Shown here piece after piece: positions 36,370 through 48,300 of a stretch of DNA of 64,000 nt. The number at the start of each line of letters is the position of its first letter. Within the stretch, counting starts at the first letter, position 1. This DNA comes from a virus, in the IMG/VR virus record IMGVR_UViG_3300017917_000400, positions 32,001 to 96,000 of that record; one strand, 5' to 3'. A program made the position numbers and the translations under genes. Under the pieces are notes generated by a model. It was not told the DNA's origin. It made no database searches and was given only the letters and a program-made list of their open reading frames with translations.

Positions 36370-39300
36370 ATGGCATTCTCTAAAGATCAAAAAGAACCAA
36401 GTCTTCCAACTAGTAGCACAGACACTACTAGAAGTGCGGTTAATTTTTTACCTAGATATTTTAGAACTAGTACTAACCAAAAATTCTTAAATGGTACATT
36501 AGATCAATTAATTTCTGTAGGCAATGTTGATAAGATCAATGCTTACATTGGCAGAAAAACAAACAAAGCCTATTCACCTACTGACAACTATGTAGAAGAA
36601 ATTTCACTAGAAAGATCTGCCTACCAATTAGAGCCAGCAATTTTAGTCAAAGATTCTTTAGATAATGTAACGTTTTTTAGCGACTATAACGATTATATTA
36701 ATCAATTAAAATACTTTAATTCTTCAACAACTGATCACAATAAGATTAACAGTCAAGAGTCCTACTCATGGGATCCTCATATTGATTGGGATAAGTTCAT
36801 CAATTACAGAGAATACTATTGGCTTCCAAAAGGTCCGCAAGTAATTGCAATTAAAGGCCAAAGCAAAAACATAATCAGTACCTATACAGTAACATTAATT
36901 AACGATGTAGACAATATTGCATATTTGTTTACACCAGATGGCCTTACAAGAAATCCTTCAATTAAGTTGTACAGAGGACAAACTTATAAGTTTGAAATTA
37001 ATTGTCCAGGAAGACCAATTGCATTTAAAACTGTTAGAGATTTAGATAATGCCTTTATATACGACGACGGCGTTACTAGCGATACACCATATGTTGAGGA
37101 TGGTACAATTACATTCACTATTCCCGACAATGCTCCTGATGTCTTGTATTATGTCAGTCAAAATGACATTAACACATCTGGCTTCTTTAAAATTTATGAC
37201 ATTGAAGAAAATACATTTATTGATGTAGAAAAAGAAATATTAGGTAAAAAGACTTATAATATTGATGGGACATTAGAACTTTCAAACGGTATGAAAGTTA
37301 ATTTTATTGGAAACGTTACACCTGAAAAGTATTCAACAGACAATTGGTATGTAGAGGGAGTAGGTGACAAAATACGATTAGTAGCAGAAGACTCTCTTCA
37401 AACCCCGTTAAGTTTTACATTAGATAAAGATATTGAATTTGACACAGAAAACTTTGATACGCAAGGTTTTGATGTTAATAACAATTATCCAGATAAAAAA
37501 GATTATATTACAATCAATAGATCTAGCAGAGATGGCAACCACTGGAGTAGATATAACAGATGGTTCCATAAATCTGTTATTGAAACGTCGGCAAATTATA
37601 ATGATCAGCCTATAGACATTGATCAAACAGCAAGAGCTAAACGACCAATCATTGAATTTAAGCCAGATATCCAACTATGGAATTTTGGTACCGAAGCCAA
37701 AAAAAGTGTTGACCTAGTTGATTTGTTTACTAAAGATATTTTTTCAACCATTGAAGGAAGTCTAGGATATACTATTGACGGTGTATTTTTATTAGAGGGA
37801 ATGCGAGTTTTATTTGCAGTTGATACCGATACGACCGTTAATGGAAGAATTTTTAAAATTGGATTTGTTACACACCTGGGTGTAAAACGAATAACTCTGT
37901 TAGAAGAAGATGACACTGATCCAATAGACGGACAATCTGTATTAATCAAGGATGGAGATAATTTTAAAGGAAAGATGTTCCATTACTCTAGCGGAGCATG
38001 GACAGAAAGCCAAGATAAAACTAACGTTAATGTGCCCCCGTTATTCGATGTTGTTGATGTAAATTCTGTTAGTTATGGTGACAGAACAACTTATATTGGT
38101 TCTTCGTTTATAGGAACTAAGTTATTCAGTTATCAAGAAGGTGATACTTATGATAACGAATTAGGTTTAAACATTTCTTATAGCAACATTGGAAATATTG
38201 GCGATATACTTTTTGACTTTAATTTGCAAAAAGATTCTTTTACCTTTCAAGGTGAAGTTGAGTTAATTGAAAGAAATTTAGACAAGGGTTACTTAAAAAT
38301 AAATGACAGTATCTCTTCTAGCAGAAGACTAAACGGTTGGATCAAAACAGAATTCCTAACAAGACAGCCAATTATTCGACAATATAATGTTACTGCTAAT
38401 TTACTAAATTTATTTCCTATTGATGTTTACAAGAAAAGCGGAACGCTTGATGATTTAGAAATTAAAGTTTTTGTAAACAATAAGAAAAGATCTGATTACG
38501 AAGTCTACAGACAAAACAGCGTAGCATATATTCAATTTATAACCGACCTTTCAGTTAATGATGTATTAATCATCGAAACTATTTCTTCAGCAGAAAAAGT
38601 AAGCACTGAAGGTTATTACAAATTTCCAAGTAATTTAGAAAGTAATCCTCAAAATTTAAGTTTATACAATTTAACATTAGGACAAATTTCTAATCACGTT
38701 AAAACTATAGTTGATAATGTTTCATCTTTTGAGGGGTCCTTACCTGGCACAAGTAATTTAAGAGACCTTGGCGATGTTTCAGGATATGGAACACAAGTGG
38801 TGCAACACTCTGGACCACTGGCACCAATCATTTATTCTTTTACAAATAAAAATGTAAACATAGTTAAAAGTTTAAGATATGCTCAAGATGAGTATTCTAA
38901 ATTTAAAAGAAACTTAATTAGAACCGCAACCACATATGGCTACGACGGTATTACTAGAACACACTTAGATCTAATCCTTAAGGAAGTGACTAAGGATACT
39001 ACAATAGAAGCACCGTTTTATTTGAGCGATATGGTTCCGTTTGGAATTAATTTTGTCTACGAACAAGAAATTATAGATGATTCGTTTACTGATTATCCGT
39101 TAACATTTGATTTTAATCTAGACGAAGCCAGCTCAAAAGCAGTATTAGTCTATGTCAACGACGAACTACTATTGCACGGTCGAGATTACATTTTTATAAA
39201 CACTAGTTTTATAAAAATTCTATCTACAATTCAAACAGGCGACAATTTAAAAATAATACAATACGAGGAAACAGCCGGATGCTGTGTCCCGCCAACTCCT

Positions 39301-42300
39301 ACTAAGTTGGGATTATATCCACTGTTTGAACCAAAAATATTTGTTGATAACACCTATCAAGTGCCTACTAAAGTAATTCAAGGGCATGATGGTAGTATTA
39401 CAGTTGCTTTCTCAAATCCAGGTGAACCAGACGAATTTAGAGATCAATTGTTGTTAGAATTAGAAATGAGAATTTATAACAACATTAAGATTCGTTATGA
39501 TGCCGAATTGTTTAATCTTGACAGTATGATTCCTGGTTATTTTAGAAATGCAGATATTTCTTTATCAGAATTAAATTCTACTCTAAGACAAGAATTCTTA
39601 AATTGGACTGGCTTGATCAATGAAGATTACACAAAACATACATTCCTTGATCGAAACAATCCATTTACCTTTAATTATAAATCTTTTGTTGATCCATCTG
39701 GAGAACAGTTATTAGGTTTTTGGAGAGGTATCTACAAATATTTTTACGACACCGACCGTCCTCACACACATCCGTGGGAGATGTTAGGATTTAGCATCAA
39801 ACCAACATGGTGGGAAACAACTTACGGGCCTGCACCTTATACTAAAGATAATTTATTACTATGGAATGATTTAGCGGAAGGAACTATCAGAATTCCGGGA
39901 GAGTTTCCTAGAAAAAATAATCTATATGCTAGAGCAGACCTATTAAAATTTATTCCTGTTGACGGTGAAGGACAATTAATTGATCCTTTAGAAACAGGTT
40001 TAGTTTCTGAATTTATTTCAGTCTTTACAGAAAAAGAATTTACCTTCGGTGATCATGCACCTATTGAAACTGCATGGAGACGTAGTAGCCACTATCCGTT
40101 TGCTCTTATCACAACACTAACATTATTGCGACCAGCAAAGATGTTTGCACTTGGATTTGACAGAATTCGTCAATACAGAGACGAAACAGGACAAATTGTC
40201 TATAAAACTCCAACAGGAAATTCTCGATTTAATCTAAGCAATTTAATATTTCCAAGTACAGTTAAAGACTCAACAAGAGTTTTTGCCAGCGGTCTAGTTA
40301 ATTATTTGATTAGTTATGCCGTAAGCAAGTCCTTTACTATTGTTGATAATTTTAAATCTGATCTAAGTTCATTGCAGATTAAAATATCTAGTAAACTTGC
40401 TGGATTTACAACTAAAGAAAAATTTAAATTAATTTTAGATAGTCGTAGTCCGTTAAATCAAGGAAATGTTTTCATTCCTCAAGAAAACTACGATATAATC
40501 TTAAATTCAAGTACACCTGTGACTACTATCAGTTATAGCGGTGTCATTATTGAAAAGTCTGCCAGCGGATTTATTCTCAAAGGTTATAATAAGACTATTT
40601 CAGAATTTAAGTATAATAAGCCCGTAGAAACAGTATCTGATCCAATTATTAGCGTTGGCGGAATATCAGAAACATACACTGAATGGCAGTCGTCAAAATA
40701 TTATGCTAAAGGGTTAATAGTTAAGATCGATCAAAACTATTTTAGAGTTACAACCGGCCATACAAGTACCACAGCATTTGAATCTAAGTATTTTGCCAAG
40801 TTACCGTCATTGCCTGTAATAGGCGGCCGAGAAATAATTTTAAGAAGAAATTTTGAATCTGAAATTAGTTCGTTGCACTATGGTGCGGAATTAAGAACAG
40901 TACAAGAAGTTGTAGACTTTTTGCTAGGTTATGGAAAGTATCTTACCGATGCAGGATTTGTTTTTGAATATTTTAATCCAGCACTTAAAACAGTTACTGA
41001 CTGGCAGACCAGTGCAAAAGAATTTACATTCTGGACCACACAAAATTGGGCAGAAGGCTCAGTTATTTCATTGAGTCCATCTGCTGAAGAATTAATTTAC
41101 AATAAAGAATATTCTATTGTTGACAGCATATATGATCCATTCTATGAATATTCAATATTCAAACAAGATGGTGTTGAACTAGAACCTTCATTTACAAACT
41201 CTATCAGAGAAAATAATAATTTTAGCCTAAGACCAAAAAATACCGCAGACGGGTTGTATCATGCTACATTAAATCTTGTGCAAAAAGAGCATGTTTTAAT
41301 TTTAGATGACGTAACAATCTTTAATGATATCATCTATGATCAAATACAGGGATACAGACAAGATAGAATAAAAGTAGTTGGTTATAAAATCAGCGACTGG
41401 ACCGGCAATTTTAATATTCCAGGATTTGTTTATGACCGTGCAATAGTAACCGAGTGGAAACCATGGAAAGACTATGCGCTTGGCGAAACTATAAAATATA
41501 AAGAATTTTATTATAGTGCTAGAAAAAATGTTTCTGGTGCAGAAACATTTGATGACAACGAATGGTATAAACTTTCTGATCGACCTGAGAGTAAATTAAT
41601 TCCTAACTGGGATTATAGAGCAACACAGTTTGAAGATTTTTATGACCTAGATACAGACAGTTTTGACGTTGATCAGCAAAAATTTGCACAGCATTTGATC
41701 GGATATCAAAAGCGTCAATACCTTGAAAATATTATCAACGATGACGTAAGTCAGTATAAGTTTTATCAAGGTATGATTCAGGAAAAGGGTACACAGAATA
41801 GCCTTTCAAAATTATTTGACGCATTGAATTCTGCTGATCAAGACAGTTTAGAATTCTTTGAAGAGTGGGCAATACGTTTGGGTCAATACGGAGCCAGCGG
41901 AGGATTTGAGGAAGTTGAATACGTTCTTAACGAAGAAAAGTTCTTAATTAACCCACAGCCAATTGAACTAGTTAATCAAATTCCGTTTGGCGTAAACGAT
42001 TTTGTATATCGTATAACTCCAGATCAAGTATATTTAAAACCCGATGATTATTTACATGCTCCATTCCCAACTGTGTCATCACAGAACGAGTATATTAGAA
42101 CAGCCGGTTATGTAAATTATGAAGATGTTGATTATATAATTTCTTCAAAGGACGAATTTGCAGATTATAATATCAAAGATCTAGTTGAAGGACAATATTT
42201 CTGGTTAGGATTTGACAGGAGTTCATGGAACGTTTATCGATTTACTAATTTTGCTAAATCAATTAAACGTGTTGAAGAAACTGATAATTTTAGAATTGTT

Positions 42301-45300
42301 TTAAATTTTAAATTACCTTTAGATATTGTGATAGGTAGTTATGTTGGTATTAATAATACCAACACATCGGTAGAAGGAATCAAACAAGTTATTGATGTTG
42401 GCTTAGATTGGTTTGAGATAACAATGCCTGCAGACATTGACACTGCGGCTATCATAGAAATTAATACAGCATTAAACATTAATTTGTTTAAATTTACGTC
42501 TCAAAGATTATCTAGCATTAATGATTTAAATTCATTACCTATATCTGGTAAGAAAAATAATGAACTAGTGTGGACCGACGGTACTAATAATAACTGGAGT
42601 GTATGGAAATTTAAAAAAACATATACTAGCAGTGAAATTTCTAATGAAGAAAATTATTTTAGTAAAGTCGTTGCTGTCAGCGACAATGAAACAGTATTAG
42701 CAGCCTCAGCATCAAATACTGTAATATATTACACACGACCAACTACTAATTTTGGTTGGGCTCTGCAGGATGTATTAGCGCCATTATCTACAGAAACATT
42801 TGTTGACACTAACGGAAGTTTTGGCGAAAGTCTATGTTTTAATGCTGACGGATCTTATCTATTTGTTGGTGCTCCTAGATACGGTATAACATCGGTACCC
42901 GGAGTTCTACCAACAGATCCTCCAATAATAACCGAAGTTAATATTGGTTATGTTGCACAGTATACTAAAAATATCTATGGAAACTACGAATTTACTAGAG
43001 TTATACAAAATGCTACACCAACACAATTTCAAGAATTTGGTTCTAAAATTCAAGTAAACGGAAACACGCTTTATATTGTTTCTGCTGGCGGAGTAGCACT
43101 TGATGGTAGCACATTAATTCCTGCATCATTAACTGCTTATAGTTTAATTTCAAATACTGTATTAGCATCATTAACATTTACTCCGGGTATTTCAGTAACT
43201 GATTTTAATGTTTCACAGAATAATACTATTGTAATTTCTAAAGATGACGAATCGGTATCGGTAATTCGATTAAGCAGTTCAACATTTGTTACAGTATCAG
43301 AAATTAATCTCAGCGACTTTGTTTCTATAGAACAAATTGAAACTGGCAGTAATTTTGCAACATCGGCAGCAATTTCTAAAGATGGAAATTATGTTGCTAT
43401 TGGTATACCTGGTTATTCTAAATTAGCCTCAAATCAAGGCGCCGTGGCTCTGTTTAAATTATCCGGAGCAACGTATCTAGCAGACGATTTAATAACTAGT
43501 CCGTTAAATCAAGACAGCGAAAAATTTGGTTATAGAATTAGATTCAACGCAGGCAGCGACAGACTAGTAGTCTACAGTTTTGGCGGTAGTCAAACAGTTG
43601 AAACAGTTATTGATAGCGGAGAAACAACATTTGATTTAAATGTTACTAAATTTATCGAAGTTGAAGAATTTACCGGAAGTATTCGTGTATATGAAAAATA
43701 TGATACTAAGTTTTTAATTGGTGATGAGTTAGAACCACAAAGCATTTTAGGAAATAATTACGGAGATGCTTTTGTAGTCGTTAATAGTGTTTACGTTAAT
43801 GATCAAACAATTACAAACGGTGCATTTTATGAATTTAAAGGTCTAGATAAATCTTGGACAAAATATCGTAGTCCTGAACCTTCAGTTGACCTTTCAAAGA
43901 TAAAATCTCTGTTCTTATACAATACAAGAACTAACAGTGTAGTTGCAAATCTTGATTTTATTGATCCAATTAACGGAAAGATTTTAGGTATAGCAGAACA
44001 AGAATTAAGTTACAAAACTTATTATGATCCGGCTGTTTACAATGTAGGCACTGAAACTGTAGTAGTAGATTCCTTAACATCCTGGACTAACAGAAACGTT
44101 GGAAAACTATGGTGGGATTTAAACACAGTTAAATTTGCAAATCCGTTACAAGGCTCTGTTGTTTACAAAGCAAATACATGGAATACAGTTTATAATGAAT
44201 CAACAGTTGATATCTATGAATGGGTAGAAACTGAATACTTGCCAGCAGAGTGGGACAGTCTTGCAGATACCGAAACCGGGCTAGCCTTGGGCATTAGCGG
44301 TCAATCTAAATATGGAAATCTTGCTTACAGTTTGACACAGAGGTACGATAACGTAAGTAAGACATTTAGAAACATTTACTATTTCTGGGTTAAAAATAAA
44401 GTTACTGTTCCTGATGTAAGTTTTAGAAAAACATCAGCCAACGATGTTGCTAATTTAATAGCCAATCCAAAAGGTCAGGGAATACAGTACATAACTTTAT
44501 TAGGTGCAAATCAATTAGCATTAGTGAATTGTAAAGATTTAATCGTAGGCAAAGATGTTGCATTGAATGTTCGTTATTGGACTATTTCTAATACTGAACA
44601 AAATATTCATGCACACTATCAACTTCTAGCCGAAGGAAATACAAATAAAAAATTAAACAAATATGTTGAACAAAAATGGTTTGATAGTTTAGTTGGATAT
44701 GATATTAATGGCGGTGAAGTACCAGATCCAAGATTGCCTGCAAAACTAAAGTATGGTATTCTTAACAAACCTCGTCAGGGAATGTTTATTAACAGACTTG
44801 AGGCATTAAAACAATTTATTGAAAGAGTCAATTCTGTATTAATTACTAGATCAATTATTGATGATTTAAATCTTTCAAAATTAAATTCTAAAGAAGATCC
44901 TCCAAGCGAAATTTCTGGAAAATATGATATAGCAATAGACACTCAGAGTCAGATAAGATTTGTTGGTTCGACTGGATTCCAGCAAGCATCTGTTTCTCCT
45001 GTAGTTGAAGCCGGTAAGATTGTTCGCGTAATTGTAACTAGTGCAGGCCGCGGCTACAAACTACCTCCAGAAATTACAATAGTAGGCACAGGTTCTGGAG
45101 CAAAATTAACAGCAGTAATTAATTCAATTGGAGAAATTACTAGTGTAACTGTAAATAATTCTGGTCAAGATTATTTAGATACAACTGTATTATCAGTTCG
45201 ACCATTCACAATCTTAGTTAACAGCGACGAAACTGCGGCTAACAAGTGGAGTTTATACATCTGGAATACTGCAACTAGTAGTTGGTTTAGATCTAAAACA

Positions 45301-48300
45301 CAGACCTACGACGTAACCAAACATTGGAATTATGTTGACTGGTATGCAGATGGATACACAGCATTTACAAAAATTGATTACCAGGTTGATTTTTCTTATG
45401 AAATGAGTTTTATTGATATTGCCATCGGCGATTTAATAAAAATTAAAAATGAAAAATCTGGTGGTTGGATATTATTAGAAAAAATTAATAATCTTTCTAC
45501 TGATAACGTTTCTTTAAATTATAAAACAGTAGGCAGACAAAGCGGCACAATTCAATTTAATTCTAATCTTTACAAGTTTACAAATAGTAACATTGGATTT
45601 GATAGTTTTACCTACGACAGCGATGTGTACGATGACGAACCAAAAGAAGAATTAAGAATTATTTTAGATGTAATTAAAAACAACATTTTAGTTGACGATT
45701 TAGAAATAGAATATAACAAATTATTCTTTGCAAGTCTTCGTTATGTATTCTCAGAACAAACATTTGTTGACTGGGCATTTAAGACAAGTTTTGTTAAGAG
45801 TCAACATAATCTTGGAACACTACAACAAAAAGTTAATTACAAAAATGATAACCTAGCCAGTTACGAAGAATATATTAATGAAGTTAAACCTTACCGTAGT
45901 AAAGTAAGAGAATTTATCAGCAATTATAATGCAATAGATAATACCAACACTGGTGTAACTGACTTTGATCTTTCTGCAAAATATAACATAGAAGAAGGAA
46001 AAATACTACCCTTTGATGTAAAGGTTAGAAATGATGCAATCGTTTACTCAGATTCTTCAATTTTGAGCGAACCATACAGTGATTGGTTAGATAATGTAGG
46101 ACACAGTGTAACAGAAATTATTGTTACAAATGGCGGTTCTGGTTACCAAGCACCTCCGTCTGTAGAGATTATCGGAAATTGTAAGTTACAGGCTACAGCC
46201 CAGGCCTACATATCCAGCGGATCTGTGACACGAATTATTGTTAAAAATTTAGGACAAGGATACATTACTACACCTTCTGTAGTTATAACTGGTTCAACTG
46301 GAACTACGGGTACCACAGCAACTGCCTACGCAGTATTGGGTAATAGCCTTTCTAGAACTAACACAATTGGTGTAAAATTTGATAGAACAATTCCTGAATA
46401 CAAAATTAGTTCTATTACAGTTTCTCAAACTTTTAATGGCACAGGATCAAGAACTTTATTTGAGTTGACCTGGCCCATTGACGTTAGAACTAATAAGACA
46501 TCTGTAATCGTTTCCAACGAAGAATTATTGTCTACAGACTTCACAGTCTATAACAAAAAAGATACTTCAAAAGGATACACAAGATATATTGGAGTTCTAG
46601 AACTAGACACAGCCGCAGAAATTGGCACAGCCAATGTTGTTATTACCTATACAAAAGACATTAATCTTCTAAGTGCCGCAGATAGAATTCAGTATTATTA
46701 CAATCCTAAGACTGGGCAATTAGGTAAAGACCTTGGACAGTTAATGCAAGGCGTCGATTATGGCGGTGTTGAAGTTACTGGTCTAGGATTTGAGATTGGA
46801 TCAGGTTGGGACGGCCTACCATGGTTTACTTCAGGTTGGGACGATTTTGACGAAGCATATACTGATAACTTATTTGTTTCTGACGGAACATCTAGATCAT
46901 TCAGCCTTCCATACATTCCCGAAGATGGAGAATTAATTACAGTATACCTAAACGGTGTTAGAATTGATGATCCTAACTATGATGAATATACAGCCGCAGA
47001 AGAAGCATATAATACATCTGCCGCGGAACTAGCAACATTAACCGCAGAGAGAGATTTACTGCAAACACAGACTGATGCTAAACAAGACGAACTTGACGGG
47101 TTAACTCAGGATCTAATCGATACACAGGCAGTCATTGCAGATCTTGAAGCTCAACTAGCAGTTACACCGCCAAGTAATCCATTATATTTTACTTTACAAA
47201 CTTTATTAGCAGAAAACGAAGCGCAAGAAGCAGAATTAATTGACGACATTAACACAGTCAACGGAGAATTGTTAGATTTACAAGCAGACTTAGCCGCTAA
47301 ACAAATTCAAGTAACTGCTAAAACAACTGAAGTTGCAGACAATCTTGCAACATTAAATTCTGCTCCTGAAATTGTAAATGAAGATGCACAGATGAATACA
47401 TTTGTAGGCGACGGTAGTACTGATATTCCTATTGTAATACCTGCCTACGTTGATTTAAACGAAGGCGACACAATAATTTTACGTAAGAGTACTAGCGACG
47501 GAAGTTTTAGACCAAACCGACAATTCTTTGATTCTGAAATTACAGGCGGCGACTTTACTTACACTTCTGCTCGAGGAATTCGAGCAGAAGAAATTATTAT
47601 TGATGGTGATAATTTTGTAACACCTACTACAAACTATGCTCCTGAAGAAGTAGTTACTGGACAGGTTGTAGATTCAGTAGCAATCACAGTGTTCCATACA
47701 GTTGAAGACGGCGCACCAGTAATTGTTACAAGACATTATATTACTACAGAACCTGAAAATGAATTCTTAATTGGTCAGCGACCTAACAGTACTCAGGCCG
47801 CATTTGTTAAAGTAGACGGCTTAATCAAAAAACAAGATGTAGATTATACATTAAATTTTGCTCAATCAAAGATTGTTTTCCTAACAAATCTTCCAATTAA
47901 CAGCGAAGTTGTTGTTACATCAATGAGCAAAAATGGTTTAAATGTTTTAGATTCGGATACATTTATTGGAGACGGTGTTACAACTGAATTCGTAACAGTT
48001 GCTCGCTGGGCAGGAGATTATTCTGTATTAGTATCAGTTAATGGTAATTCCGCTACTGTTACAACTTTCGTCACTGACGAAACTTATGCTGAAGTTGGAA
48101 ATATTGGTATACGTTTTTCAACAGCACCAGCAAATACAGCAATCATAGATTATACAGTTTTAAGTTCGTTAATAGATACTGTAAGTCGAGTTTCTGCTGA
48201 AACAGTAATCTATGATGGCACTAGTCAAGTCTACGAGTTAAACAACTTACCAGCCAACTTAGAACCGTTTGATAATAATGTAATTGTTGAGCATCAAGGA

